This document shows, in pieces, positions 1 to 11,808 of a stretch of 64,000 bases of DNA; position 1 is the stretch's first letter, and each line of letters begins with the position of its first letter. Both the position numbers and the translations under genes were made by a program. The stretch is from NCBI GenBank assembly GCA_963844035.1, contig CAWJMT010000002.1:1-64000 (forward strand), given 5' to 3'. Under the pieces are notes generated by a model. The model worked only from the letters and a program-made list of their open reading frames with translations, ran no database searches and was not told the origin of the DNA. Origin of the DNA: an uncultured Gemmatimonadales bacterium (GTDB taxonomy: Bacteria > Gemmatimonadota > Gemmatimonadetes > Gemmatimonadales > GWC2-71-9).

Positions 1-1901
1 ATGGCACCGCTCTTTTCCAGGAGTTCGCCTTCGGGAGTGACCATCCGGTACTTCCCAAGCATCCTCCTCCCGACCTCAAGCGACTCCACCACGATCGTCC
101 CTCCAAACACCACCCGGAACGCGGGTTCAAACTGGGGCTTGAATTCGAGCATCCTGACAGCGGCTCCGATGACACCCTTCCCGCCGGCCTCCGGGACAGG
201 GGCAGGCTTCAGTTTCGACAGGGGGAGGAAGGTAAGCCTGCCGAGTTTCTGGTCCTTGAGATACCGGATCGCGGAAGATGCCACCTCATCGTCCTCCACC
301 ACCACGTAGTGGGGCTTTCCGCCTGCGACATTTAGGGCAGTGGTATACTCCGGTGGTGCCCTGGGGGAAGGCGGACCGTCCCGTACACACCGTCCATCGC
401 GAGCACTGCCTCAAGGGCACGGCTCCCGGGTTCTCCCCGTGCCTGTTGCTGGGCTTCGAGGTGTACAGCCTCCTGTTCGATACCCCGGAACTCGTCCCTG
501 ATCCGTTCGAGTGCCGACCGCTTGGCAAATACCGATGCCTCGGCCGAGGAGATCGACCGCTCGATATCACTTTTTTCCATTGAGAGCGTCTGTATCTGCT
601 CTTTATCCCGGAGGTTCTCCTCACTGCGGGCCCCGGTCTCCGAATCGATGGCACGAATCCTCTCGTCAAGCCGCTCCCGCTCCGAAGTCCGCATCCTGCT
701 CTTTTCAAGAATGAGATCCTTCTGGTGAAGGATCGTCGAGCGATCCGCCTTCTTCTCCTCGATGGACTGCATCAGGGCGAAGAGTTCGTCCTTTGCCCCT
801 TCGACATCCTTGCTCTGGTTCTGTATCTCCGCCTCGAATTTCGCGATCTGCCCCTTTGCCGTGGCCGCCTCCATGGCAAGGTTGGTCCGGTCGATGGTCA
901 TATCCCGTATCGACTGGCTGATTGCAATCCTGCCCTCGGCCCTTTTCATATCCAGGAAGACCCGGTTCATCCCCTCCAGGTTCCCTTCCTTCTCTTTTTT
1001 AAGGCGCACAATGGTCTGTTCGGCAAGCCGGATCGAACCCTTCGCTTCTTCGAAGATCCGCTATCAGGTCGAGACCAGACCCGCTCTTCTGGTTGATTTG
1101 CCGGGTGAGTATCCTCCAGGTCGGCCTGCAGGTATGACTTCTCGTTCTCCTCGAGGCTCCGGTCGGCCCGGCCCGTTCCAGCAGGATCTCCTGGTCGACA
1201 GCTGCCTGGAGGAGCGTGGAGAGTTCCTTCTCTTTCGAATGAAGGAATGCAGCAGCCCTGCAGTTCTAACATGCGGCTTGACCTCCCATTTCCGGTAGAT
1301 CAGAGCCTGCTCCCTCTCCCTGAAGAGCTCGGCGAGCCGCAAGAGAGTCTGCAAGGAGGAGTTCCTCCCGCTCGATCCGTTCCCGGACGACCTCGAGTTC
1401 CCGGATAGCCTGCTCCTTCTTTGCATCGAATTCAGAAACCCCTGCGATCTCATCGATAATCTTCCGGCGCTCGAAATCACTCATCTCGATCATCCGCGAT
1501 ATCCCCCTGCATCACCACGTTGTATCCGTGCGGCGTTATCCCGAACTTTGCGAGGAACTCGGTCACCTCGGACTGCTTGCAGAGTTCTCGTTTAAGTAAT
1601 TGTAGTCGTAATACCCGTTCGCGGTCCGCTTGATCCTCCTGCGGATTTTCGTCCCGTCGGAAAACGAGAGTGATACTTCGGCCGTCGGTTTTGCAGAGTT
1701 GAGGTTTATCAGGTCGGTCAGTTTCTCGGCACGCAGGGTACGCGATGATGAGAGGGCGAGCACAAAGAGGATGCTGTCGATGATATTGCTCTTGCCCGAT
1801 CCATTGGGGCCGGAAATGACCGTACAACCCTCAAAAAAGGGAATTTTGGTCTTTTTCACAAAAGATTTGAAGTTATCGATCTCGAGCTCGGTGATGTGCA
1901 A
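1..1901 (-). CDS. smc: Chromosome segregation protein SMC, N-terminal half to hinge (runs off window; frameshifted)
   Basis: MHITELEIDNFKSF, Walker A ISGPNGSGKSNIIDS, YNVVMQGDI, ERRKIIDEIAGV, coiled coil, hinge (GVYGTV). Split over ORFs 1563-1901, 1477-1827, 1266-1493 and 332-1009. Confidence 0.95.
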
Positions 1902-1916
1902 CGATTCGTTCTCCCA

Positions 1917-2362
1917 TCACTTTTTCTCTGCGTCTTTCTCTTCATCTTCGGCAACTATGAGATTGCTCTTCTTTCCCGAACCCTCTGGCTGCTTTGCCTT
2001 CTTGGAATAGGATGCCGATGCCACGATATATAATCGCTCGATTTCCGGCGCTCAGGCTTCAGCGTGCCGTCCTGCTGCATGATCATGTCCATCTTTTCAG
2101 GCTCGGGTTCAGCAGCCTGGGCGGCCTGCTGTTTCTGGACAACGACGGTGCCCGGCGCTCCCGGCGTTGCCGGACGCGTCATCTTCAGTTCCGCACGACG
2201 TTCTTCGTTCACCTTGTTCAGCCGCATGGCAATCGACTTGAGGTCGAGGAGTTCATCGGTCAGCCCCTTGATCATGGCTTCCATCTCCCGGACCTTCTTC
2301 TCAAGGGTCGTTATTCTCTCTTCAGGGGTGGCGGGCAGGCTCTCCTTCTTTGGTATCTCCAT
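1917..2362 (-). CDS. Coiled-coil hypothetical protein upstream of smc
   Basis: ORF 1955-2362 (EERITTLEKKVREMEAMIKGLTDELLDLK) with a purine-rich RBS; co-oriented with smc; the 3' end is probably frameshifted. Confidence 0.7.
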
Positions 2363-2635
2363 ATCCTTCTCCTCTCATTTAGGGATGTTCTTCAGCAGGG
2401 ATTTATGGAAATCCTCTGGCATCTTAAGAACCCTCATTGATAACATTGATTGATCCCCGCATAATAATTATGCTCCATGTGGTGCGGTTTTTCAGCCTGG
2501 ACGACCCGCAATCCTTCATTTTCTATGAATCGTCAGGTGATTTCGGCCTGAATGGATCCCCTTCCCCACACGCTGCGGTTCCGGCCGGGCATGCCGTTAT
2601 CCGTGCCCTGCCCGTGCCTTTTTTTCACCGGGAGA

Positions 2636-2650
2636 GAAAAAAGTATTACC
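2636..2650 (+). promoter_or_regulatory. Archaeal BRE/TATA-like promoter of the glyA operon
   Basis: GAAAAAAGTATTA about 30 nt before ATG 2675, with no SD sequence. Confidence 0.45.
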
Positions 2651-2674
2651 TGATCAGAACCGACCAATGTAACA

Positions 2675-3914
2675 ATGTCATACCTGGCCACTACCGATTA
2701 CGAAATTGCCGCACTCATAGAAAAAGAGCGGCTCAGGCAGCAGAACGGGCTTGAGCTGATAGCATCGGAGAATCTTGTCAGCAGGGCGGTCCTTGAAGCC
2801 AAGGGTTCGGTCATGACCAACAAGTATGCCGAAGGGTATCCCGGCAAACGGTATTACGGCGGGTGCATTCTATGGATATCGTCGAGAACCTTGCATCGGG
2901 ACGGGCCAAAGAACTGTTCGGCGCAGACCATGCTAATGTCCAGCCCCATTCCGGCTCCCAGGCCAAAGTGGCGGTATACTTTTCGGTCATGGATGCACGG
3001 CGACCAACCTATGGGATGAGCCTTTCCCATGGCGGACATCTGACCCACGGGCATCCGGTCAGCTTTAGCGGCCGGTTTATAAGGTCGATCCATTATGGAG
3101 TGGACCTCGGGAAGACCCAGGCCATTGATTATGGGGCAGTGGAGGAGATGGCCCGTAGAGCTAGGCCGAAAATGTATCGTCTGGGTGCAAGCGCCTACCC
3201 GAGTATTATAGACTTTTTCGCTTTCAAGGCAGATTGCCGACAAGGTGGATGCAGTTGTAATGGTAGATATGGCCCACATCGCGGGCTGTGTGCAACGCGG
3301 GGATCCACGAGCCCGGTCGCGGTCGCGGACTTTATCACCACCACCACCCACAAGACCCTGCGGGGTCCTCGCGGCGGGGTGATCATGTGTGAGGGAGAGA
3401 ATGCCCAGAAGATCCACAACTCCTATCTTCCCCGGCATACAGGGAGGTCCGCTAATGCACATTATTGCCGCGAAGGCCGTCTGCTTCAGGGAGGCTCTCC
3501 GGCCCTCGTTCCGTGAATATAATCGCCAGATCGTGAAGAACTCCCAGGCCATGGCGGTGGTGCTCGCAGATGAAGGGCTCCGCCTCGTTTCTGGCGGGAC
3601 TGACAACCACCTGATTCTCCTCGATCATGAACCTCGGCCTCACCGGGCTCGAAGCGGAATTGGCACTCGGAAAAGCGCACATTACCGTGAATAAAAATAC
3701 CATACCAAATGAGAGCAGGAGCCCGTTTGTCACAAGCGGCCTCCGGATCGGGGACACCGGCGGTGACCACACGCGGCATGAAGGAGGAGGAGATGCGACG
3801 GATCGGCACTCTATTGCCACCGTGCTCAAAGACATCCATAACGAGGCGACAATAAAGAAAGTGGGGGCTGAAGTGCACGAGATGGCAAAAGGGTTCCCTC
3901 TGTATCCTGAGTGA
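2675..3914 (+). CDS. glyA: Serine hydroxymethyltransferase (frameshifted)
   Basis: [53 protein letters not shown] (PLP Lys), [22 protein letters not shown]. Confidence 0.96.
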
Positions 3915-3915
3915 G

Positions 3916-4759
3916 ATGATCCTTGATGGAACGAAGGTCCGGCAGAAACGGCTCGAACTCCTGAAAGAGGAGATTGATGAGTCCGGGCTTTATCCCCGGC
4001 TTGCCACGGTTATTGTCGGCTCCGACCCGGCGCTCCAACTCTATGTGCGGATGAAACACCGGGCGTGCGAAGAGGTGCATATCCGATTGGTCGGCATCGC
4101 CCTGCCTGAGAAGTTCGGGAACAAACGATGTGATCCGGGAGATACAGGTACTCAACAGGGACCCGGAAGTCTCCGGGATCCTTGTCCAGCTCCCGCTCCC
4201 AGCACACGTCAATACCATGCAGGTGATCGAATCTGTCCTCCCTGGGAAGGATGTTGACGGATTCCACCCTGCAAACCTCGGGCGGCTTTTTGCGGGAACC
4301 CCGGTATTCTCCCCCTGCACCCCGCGGGGGATCATGACCCTCCTCCATGAATATCATATCGATCCGGAAGGAATGCATGCCGTTGTCGTTGGCAGATCCA
4401 TCGAGGTTGGGCGCCCGATGTCGATGCTGCTCCTCACTGCAAATGCCACGGTGACCACCACCCACTCGAAAACCCGGGACCTGCCTTCCCTCACAGGGCT
4501 GGCAGACCTGCTGGTGGTCGCAATCGGGAAGCCCCGGTATATCGGCCCTTCCATGGTGAAGGAAGGGGCCGTGGTCATCGATGTCGAGACCAACCGTGTT
4601 GACGGGATCCTCTGTGGTGACGTGGACTTTGACCGCGTAAAAGACCATGCTTCCGCCATAACACCGGTCCCCGGGGGTGGGGCCGATGACCATCGCAACC
4701 CTGATGGAGAACACGTTCCTCGCGCAGCAAAGCGGTCCCTATGCACCGGTGTGTGGTAA
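3916..4759 (+). CDS. folD: Methylenetetrahydrofolate dehydrogenase/cyclohydrolase (frameshifted)
   Basis: [67 protein letters not shown]. Confidence 0.95.
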
Positions 4760-5547
4760 AAGATATCACGATCGGGCCGGGGTTCCCGGTCCGGCTGATG
4801 GGGGTGATCAACTGCAGCCCCGAATCATTTTTCCATGGTTCCTATGTCGGGCCGGGATCCATCCTTGCCCGGGCGGAAGAGATGGTCCGCGAGGGTGAGA
4901 GATTATCGATATCTGGGGCCCGGAGCACGGCACCGTTATCCCCGAAGGTAAGCGAGGCAACAGAGGCTGACCGGCTCTCCGCCGCCCTCAGTGAGATGGA
5001 CGGCTCAGGCATCCCGGTCTCTATCGACACGATGTATCCTTCCGTGCTTGAGCGTGCTCTCTCCCATGACATCCACGCTGCAAATGACATCTCGGGCCTC
5101 TCCAGCCCCGCCTATGCCCGTATCGTAGCTGACGCGGGCCTGCCTTCATTCCTCATGGCGTCCCGGAGAACACAGGGGGATGCCAGCGTAGAGGAGACCC
5201 TCTTCACCTTGCCCTCGTCGTCGCCCGCTGTGAAGAGGCAGGGGTATCCTCGGACGTTCTCGATCCCGGCATCGGGCTCTGGAATCCTGCCCGGACCACC
5301 GCGCTCGACTGGGAGATCTGCCGCAACTTCGAGCAATGCTCCCGGTCGGCCGGCCGCTGCTTGCAGCGGTCTCAAGAAAGACCTTTCTTGGAGAGCCGGA
5401 TGGCCGTCCTCCCGAAGATGCCGGGCTGCATCCCTGGGCATCACGGCCCTCCTGATCCAGAAAGGAGCCGACGTCGTCAGGACCCATGATGTCCGGGAAA
5501 CAGCAGACGTCATCCGCATGGCAGCACGGATGGTGGTCCGGGCGTGA
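4741..5547 (+). CDS. folP: Dihydropteroate synthase (compensating frameshifts)
   Basis: [41 protein letters not shown]. Confidence 0.88.
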   Translation: MHRCVVKDITIGPGFPVRLMGVINCSPESFFHGSYVGPGSILARAEEMVREGERLSISGARSTAPLSPKVSEATEADRLSAALSEMDGSGIPVSIDTMYPSVLERALSHDIHAANDISGLSSPAYARIVADAGLPSFLMASRRTQGDASVEETLFTLPSSSPAVKRQGYPRTFSIPASGSGILPGPPRSTGRSAATSSNAPGRPAAACSGLKKDLSWRAGWPSSRRCRAASLGITALLIQKGADVVRTHDVRETADVIRMAARMVVRA

Positions 5548-6312
5548 CGAGGTTCCTGACCGTGGGGATTCGTACAGGAATTATCCGCGAGGGTGATGAT
5601 CTCGCAGGCGCAATCCAGAAGGGCATCCTGCAGACGGACGCCGGATGCTTTGCTGACGGGGATATCCTCGTGATAGCAGAAAGTGCCGTTGCAACCAGAG
5701 AGGGAAGGATAGTCCGTCTCGATACCGTAATCCCCGGGGAAGAGGCCGTCATGCTCGGGAGACCGGTATGGCATCGACCCCCGGCTGGCTGAAGTGGTGA
5801 GAGCGGAAAGTGACGAGATTGTCGGGCATCCCTGGACACCTGCTCTGCATGAGGGTGGGACCCTGCTCCCCAATGCCGGGGTCGATGCTTCCAATGCACC
5901 TCCTGGCTTCGTGGTGCTGCTCCCAAAAGACCCCGACCGGAGTGCCCGCACGATCCGAGAGGAGATCAGGACACTGACAGGAGCACGGGTTGGCGTGATC
6001 ATCGCGGATTCCCGGACCCATGCCATGCGGTCGGGCTGCAGCGGAGTCGCGATCGGGTGTTCGGGCATCCCTTCCGTCATCGATGTCAGGGGACACCGGG
6101 ATCTCTTCGGCCGGCCTCTCGAAGTGACCAAACAGGCTCTTGCCGACAACATCGCATCCGCTGCCGAGATAGTGATGGGCGAGGCAGACGAGTCCACCCC
6201 TGCTGCACTCATCCGGGGAATCGGGATCCCAATCAGTGATTGCGAAGGTGTGGAATCGATTGCCGCAGAAGACTGTCTCTTCATGGGCCTGCTCGCGCGA
6301 AGAGAGGGATAA
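5544..6312 (+). CDS. cofE: CofE-family gamma-glutamyl ligase (F420-0:L-glutamate ligase or folate glutamyl ligase)
   Basis: IIREGDDLA, DGDILVIAESAVA, PNAGVDASNA, LLPKDPDRSA, GVIIADS, RDLFGRPLEVT, ADNIASAAEIVMGEADESTP. Confidence 0.85.
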
Positions 6313-6345
6313 TCCCGTAAAGTAAGCGGGGGAAAGTCGCGCCTT

Positions 6346-6825
6346 TTAGCCCATTCCTTCGATGAACCTGATCACTTCAGCAATATCCGGGACGCTGTGC
6401 ACCGGGTATACCTTTACAAACACCACCCTCTGTTTCTCATCGAGGATGACGTTCGCCCGCTCGGAGAACCCGTTGGTATCCCTGAAGAGACCATAGGCCT
6501 GTGCCACTTTCCCGTGCGGCCAGAAATCCGCGAGGATCCTGGTAGTTCAATCTTCAAGTGGGTTGCCCAGGCCCTCTTGCAGGGGACCGAGTCCACGCTG
6601 ATCCCTACCGGGATAGTTTTTTAGCACCCCGAATTTCTGCTGGTTCTCCTCAAGCGAAATCATCTGTGCGTCACAGAATTCCGTCCATGCAAGCGGGTGG
6701 AACGAGAGGAGGACCCGCTTTCCCAGCTGTTCGAGAAGATCGAAGGTCTGGCTGTCCTGGTCCTTTAGGGAGAAATTCGGCGCATGTTCACCGGGCTGGA
6801 TGATAGGGCGGGATACTTCTGCCAT
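6346..6825 (-). CDS. Peroxiredoxin, AhpC/TSA family (frameshifted)
   Basis: APNFSLKDQD, SFHPLAWTEFC (PxxxTxxC), DSVPCKRAWA; C-terminus PVHSVPDIAEVIRFIEGMG*. Confidence 0.88.
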
Positions 6826-6848
6826 ACCGGTAGATCCTCCCGCCCGGG

Positions 6849-6856
6849 TATATAAT
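6849..6856 (-). promoter_or_regulatory. Archaeal TATA box of the peroxiredoxin gene
   Basis: TTATATA on the minus strand about 25-30 nt before ATG 6825. Confidence 0.5.
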
Positions 6857-7065
6857 GATCACTCAGGCAGAGGGGAAGGATTCTCCAGGCGCCTGCCGGT
6901 TCATCGGCCGGGTAAAACCTGAATGACCCCGTCAAAGTCCCGCTGAACCCGGATATCCGGGAAGAGGATCGGGTAGGCCATCCACCGCTCCCGATTTTAC
7001 CGATCCTTAGGGAAACCTGATGGAACAGACTCCCAAAAAAGTGGAGATGCGTCGGGAGATAATCC

Positions 7066-7703
7066 TCACTCCCTGCTGGCCTTCTCCCTCACCACACCGA
7101 CCCTTCCCTTCTCGGCAGAGAGGGTAAACCCGAGGTCACGAAGGTATCCACTGCTCATTCCCTTTCCATGGATGAGCAGGCGAACGAGGTCCTCCTTTTC
7201 GTCGACATCGGTATGGATGAGAAAGGAATCGACAATCTCGCAGGAGAGCCCGCATTCCTCGGCAATCCTGAGGTGTTTTTCAAGCTCATCCCGTAACAGC
7301 TGACGCGGAAACGGTCGGCACGGGAGAGAAATATGGCATTCGTGCCTCCGCCGATCCCGGAACTTGATGGCCATATCCGCTGAAGTGGTGATCATCCTCC
7401 GGATGGCAGAGTCAGAGGCAAGAGCGATATCAGCCATGATGATCAGGAGCGGTCCGGGAGTTTTCTCAAAGAACGTATCGACGGACTCGTTCAACCCCCT
7501 CGGGTCATGGACCACTTTGACCCCATTGAAAGAGAATGGTTCGGTCCCGAGGATGAACGGCTCGCATCCCGCTTCCAGTACCGCCACCACAACGTCGCAG
7601 AGCATCATCTGGGCACTTTTTCCCGCTCGGGCAGATTGAGGACGCAGGAGAGCCGGGTCTTCGGGTTTTTGGGTTTGAAGGGGATGAGGGCCGGGACAGA
7701 CAT
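7066..7703 (-). CDS. cofC: 2-phospho-L-lactate guanylyltransferase (frameshifted)
   Basis: MSVPALIPFKPKNPKTRLS, MMLCDVV, RGLNESV, IIMADIAL, DVDEKEDL; divergent from cofG. Confidence 0.88.
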
Positions 7704-7889
7704 TTCAGTAAAGCGGTTGCACGGGCCGGATAAATAAATCTCCCGTCCGGAACCACAAAACGAATATTCCGGACCTGCCTGACGTAACCATGATTGAATT
7801 GCCGCCAGTCACGGATTTCACCATTGAACGAGGCAGCGGGATACAGGGGGAATTTTTATCTGAAAGACACCCAGATCGATTACAACCAC

Positions 7890-8011
7890 ATGAGCCCCCA
7901 CCTCCTCACGTATACACGAAACGTCTTCCTCCCGCTCACGACAGCCTGCCATAACCGGTGCGGGTACTGCATCTTCCGGACCCCGGTACACGATGGCTGT
8001 ATCATGAGCCC
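7890..8011 (+). CDS. cofG: FO synthase subunit CofG, N-terminal fragment truncated at the junction
   Basis: [30 protein letters not shown] with radical-SAM CxxxCxxC; TTTTTATC TATA upstream; similarity stops after CIMSP. Confidence 0.85.
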
Positions 8012-8020
8012 GTCGGGGCG
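8005..8020. other. Archaeal/bacterial junction (contig concatenation or chimera)
   Basis: The cofG 5' fragment abuts the 3' fragment of a bacterial gene; GC content and gene content change abruptly. Confidence 0.9.
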
Positions 8021-8131
8021 GTGCTCGTCGAGATCGAGAATCAGAGCCATCTCAACAAAGTGATGAAAGCCATCCGCAAAGTGAAAGGCGTCACGGAAGT
8101 CGAGCGGCACGACGCCGGGCCCCAGGCGTAG
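8012..8131 (+). CDS. C-terminal ACT domain of a RelA/SpoT family protein (5' truncated)
   Basis: [32 protein letters not shown]...*; the stop overlaps the uvrB GTG. Confidence 0.75.
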   Translation, partial: VGAVLVEIENQSHLNKVMKAIRKVKGVTEVERHDAGPQA

Positions 8132-10160
8132 TGGCGTTCGAGCTCGTTTCCCCGTTCGCGCCGGCCGGCGACCAGCCGCGGGCGATCGCCGAGCTGACCG
8201 CTGGGCTCGCGCGGGGGGACCGCTATCAGACGTTGCTCGGCGTCACGGGCTCCGGTAAGACGTTTTCCATGGCCCATGTGCTGGCGCAGTTCGGGCGTCC
8301 GACACTGGTCCTGTCCCACAACAAGACGTTGGCGGCGCAGCTGTACGGCGAGCTGAAGGGATTCTTTCCGCGCAACGCGGTCGAGTTCTTCATCTCGTAC
8401 TACGACTACTACCAGCCCGAGGCGTACGTCCCCCAGACCGACACCTACATCGCGAAGGATTCGTCGATCAACGACGACATCGATCGCTTGCGGCTGCGCG
8501 CCACATCCAGCTTGATGGAGCGCGACGACGTGATCATCGTGGCGAGCGTGTCGGCGATCTACGGCTTGGGCGACCCCGAGACCTACAAGCAGCTGATGAT
8601 GACCGCGGCCGTCGGCGAGGAGCCGGGGCGGGATGCCCTGCTGGGGGACCTGGTGCGGATCCAGTACCAGCGCAACGACGTGGCGTTCGAACGCGGCACG
8701 TTCCGCGTCCGGGGCGACACGGTGGAGATCTTCCCCGCGTACGATGAGCAGGCGGTGCGCATCGAATTCTGGGGAGACACGATCGAGCGGATCTCGAAGA
8801 TCAACCCGCTCACCGGGGACACGATCGTGGAGCTGGGGCGCTGTGCCGTGTATCCGGCCACGCACTTCGTCACCGAACGGCCCACCGTTGAGCGGGCGGT
8901 CGCGGCGATCCGGTCGGAGCTTCAGGGGCGGCTCGCGGAGCTGCGCGCGCAGAACAAGCTGCTCGAGGCACAGCGTCTCGAATCGCGCACGCACTTCGAT
9001 GTCGATATGCTGCTGGAAGTGGGGCGGTGCACGGGCATTGAGAACTACTCGCGCCACCTGACGGGCCGCCAGCCCGGCGAGCGCCCGGCCTGCCTGCTCG
9101 ACTATTTCCCGGATGACTACCTCTGCGTTGTGGACGAGTCGCACCAGACCATGCCACAGATCGGCGGCATGTTCGAGGGCGATCGTTCCCGCAAGCAGAC
9201 CCTGGTCGACTACGGATTCCGCCTGCCCTCGGCGCTCGACAACCGCCCGCTCCGGCTGGACGAATTCATGACGCTCGTGCCGCGGATGGTCTTCGTGTCC
9301 GCTACGCCGGGCCCGGAAGAGCTGCGCCTGTCGGACGGCGTGGTGGTGGAGCAGATCATCCGGCCGACCGGTCTCGTCGACCCGGAAGTCGACGTGCGGC
9401 CGGTCAAGGGCCAGGTGGACGATCTGCTCCACGAGATCCGGCTCCGCGAGAAGCTGCCAGGAGCGGGTGCTGGTCACCACGCTCACCAAGCGGATGGCGG
9501 AAGATCTCACCGACTACCTGCAGCAACACGGCGTGCGCGTGCGCTACCTGCACTCGGAAATCGATGCCATCGAGCGGGTCGAGATCATCCGCGGCCTGCG
9601 CCTCGGGGAGTTCGACGTGCTGGTCGGGATCAACCTGTTGCGCGAAGGGCTGGACCTGCCCGAGGTGTCACTGGTGGCCGTGCTCGACGCCGATCAGGAG
9701 GGGTTCCTCCGCTCTGATCGCGCGCTCATCCAGAACGTGGGCCGCGCCGCCCGCAACCTCAACGGCCGCGCGATTCTTTACGCCGACCGCGTCACCGGGT
9801 CCATGGAGCGGGCGCTCGCGGAAATGGGTCGCCGCCGGACCCGCCAGGAGGAGTACAACGCGGCCCACGGCATCACGCCGCGCTCGATCGTCAAGTCGGT
9901 GGACCAGGTACGGTTCGCGACCCGATTCGCCGATGCCAAGACCGCGCAGCCGGTGGCGCAGCCGGCGCCTGCAGCGCCCCGCGAATGCGCGGGAGCGGGA
10001 GGCGCTGGTTCGCCTGTTGGAGCAGCAGATGCAGGCGGCCGCCGAGGAGCTCGACTTCGAGCTCGCCGCCCTGTTGCGCGACCAGATCCTCGAGCTCAAG
10101 GTGCAAGCCGATGACAAGCGCCCTCCGTCTGCGCGCGGACGAGCTCAGCCGGTTCGGTGA
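8131..10160 (+). CDS. uvrB: Excinuclease ABC subunit B (frameshifted)
   Basis: [54 protein letters not shown]-terminal UVR domain ([18 protein letters not shown]). Confidence 0.97.
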
Positions 10161-10527
10161 GGATCTGGGGCGCGTCCTGGCCGCCCCCGCCGTGATCGGA
10201 CTGTCGGGTGAGCTCGGGGCCGGCAAGACCACGCTCGTCCAGGCCGTGTGCCGCGGCCTCGGCGCCCACGCCGCGGTCACCAGCCCGACGTACGCCCTGG
10301 TGCATCGCTACAGCGCGGGCGGCCGACCGGTGTATCACGTCGACTGCTATCGGCTGCGCTCCCCTGACGACGCACGCGATCTGGGCTTCGACGACATGAC
10401 CCGCGAGGGCGCCATCGTACTCATCGAGTGGCCCGAGCGCGCCGGTCCCTGGGCGCCGCCGCTCGATCGCCACTTCCGGCTCGCGCACGATCCCGATCCC
10501 GACGTGCGCATCGTGGAGGAAGCCTGA
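10111..10527 (+). CDS. tsaE: tRNA t6A biosynthesis ATPase
   Basis: [36 protein letters not shown]. Confidence 0.93.
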   Translation: MTSALRLRADELSRFGEDLGRVLAAPAVIGLSGELGAGKTTLVQAVCRGLGAHAAVTSPTYALVHRYSAGGRPVYHVDCYRLRSPDDARDLGFDDMTREGAIVLIEWPERAGPWAPPLDRHFRLAHDPDPDVRIVEEA

Positions 10528-11280
10528 CCGGCGGCGCCTGGCTCGCGATCGACACCGCGACCGACATCGCGAGCGTCGCGGCCGGCCGACGAGCCGGAAC
10601 CGGTACGGTGACATCCGAGAGCGGCGCGCACGTCCAGGGCGCGCGGCGCCACGCCGCGGAGATCCTGCGCCTCATCGACTTCGCGCTCGGGACGCGTGGC
10701 GGTCGCCGCCCGCGACCTCGACGGCATCGTTGTCGGCGACGGTCCCGGGAGCTTCACGGGACTGCGCGTCGGCTGGTCCGTGGCCAAGGGACTCGCACAG
10801 GAGGCCGGGCTGCAGTTCGTGGCGGTCCCGTCGCTCATGGCGGCTGCCGCGGGTGCGGCCGTCCGGTTGGGCGCCGTCCCGATCGCGGCGTGCTTTGACG
10901 CGCTGCGCGGCGACGTGTACGGAGCGGTCTACGTGGTCCATCCCGATCGTGTCGAGACGGTCGTGGCGCCGGCCACGACGACCGTTGCCGAGCTGATGCG
11001 CACGTCTCCCTGCGGTTCCGGCACTGGTGGTCGGGGACGGTGCGACGCGCTACGCGGACGCCGTGACGGCGTGGTCGGGAACTCCGCCGGTGCCTCTGGC
11101 GAGCCTGCCGCCGCTCGCGACCTTGTTGCTGTCCCTCTTCACGCGCGCCGGCGCGGCGCGGACCATCGACGACATGTTGGCCGCCGAGCCCGTGTACGGC
11201 CGGCCGGCCGAGGCGCAGGTCAAATGGGAGGCGCGTCACGGACGCCCGCTACCAGATCCGTCCCGCTCAGGGCCCGCTGA
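10524..11280 (+). CDS. tsaB: tRNA t6A biosynthesis protein TsaB (frameshifted)
   Basis: LAIDTATD, HAAEIL, VGDGPGSFTGLRVG, DALRGDVY, EPVYGR. Confidence 0.9.
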
Positions 11281-11684
11281 CGTCGCGCAGGTCGCCCCGA
11301 TCGAGCGGGCGGTGTTTTCGGACCCGTGGTCCGAGCGCGACTTGAGCGACTGCATCCGGACCGGTGTGCCGTTTCTCGTCGCCGATGATGACGGCGCGGT
11401 CATCGGCTACGTCATCGCGCACCATGCACTCGACGAAGCGGAGATCCTGAACCTCGGCGTAGTGCCGACGCGGCAGCGGCAGGGTGTCGGACGCGCGCTG
11501 GTGGTCGCGATGCTCGCGCACCTGCGTCAGTCTGGGGGTGGCCATGGTGTTCCTGGAGGTGCGCGAGTCGAACGAAGTGGCCCACCGGCTCTATGGGGCT
11601 CTTGGGTTCAGCCAGGTGGGGCGGAGACGCGACTACTACCGCCTCCCGATCGAGGATGCCGTCGTCCTCCGCGCGTCGATTTGA
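11238..11684 (+). CDS. rimI: Ribosomal protein S18 alanine N-acetyltransferase (frameshifted)
   Basis: IERAVFSDPWS, EAEILNLGV, RQRQGVGRAL, VFLEVRESN, GRRRDYY, EDA. Confidence 0.9.
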
Positions 11685-11732
11685 TCAAGACTCTCGGTCC
11701 GCGGAAAATTGGTCCAAGTGGCGTATCTTTGA

Positions 11733-11761
11733 TTGACAGAATGACTTGCGGTTCATATACT
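11733..11761 (+). promoter_or_regulatory. Sigma70 promoter of ssb
   Basis: TTGACA-N17-TATACT; SD GGAGG before GTG 11809. Confidence 0.8.
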
Positions 11762-11808
11762 GTGGGGCATCCTTGGTGCCCCCCCGCTCTTAGCGTTGGG
11801 AGGTCGTT

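Noticed and set aside
6902..6983. Tiny minus-strand ORF MAYPILFPDIRVQRDFDG...
   Set aside because: About 26 codons with no recognisable homology; it cannot be supported.
7890..8131. Interdomain gene transfer or a cofG-relA fusion
   Set aside because: Both genes are truncated, in different frames, with no mobile-element traces; better explained by a sequence join.
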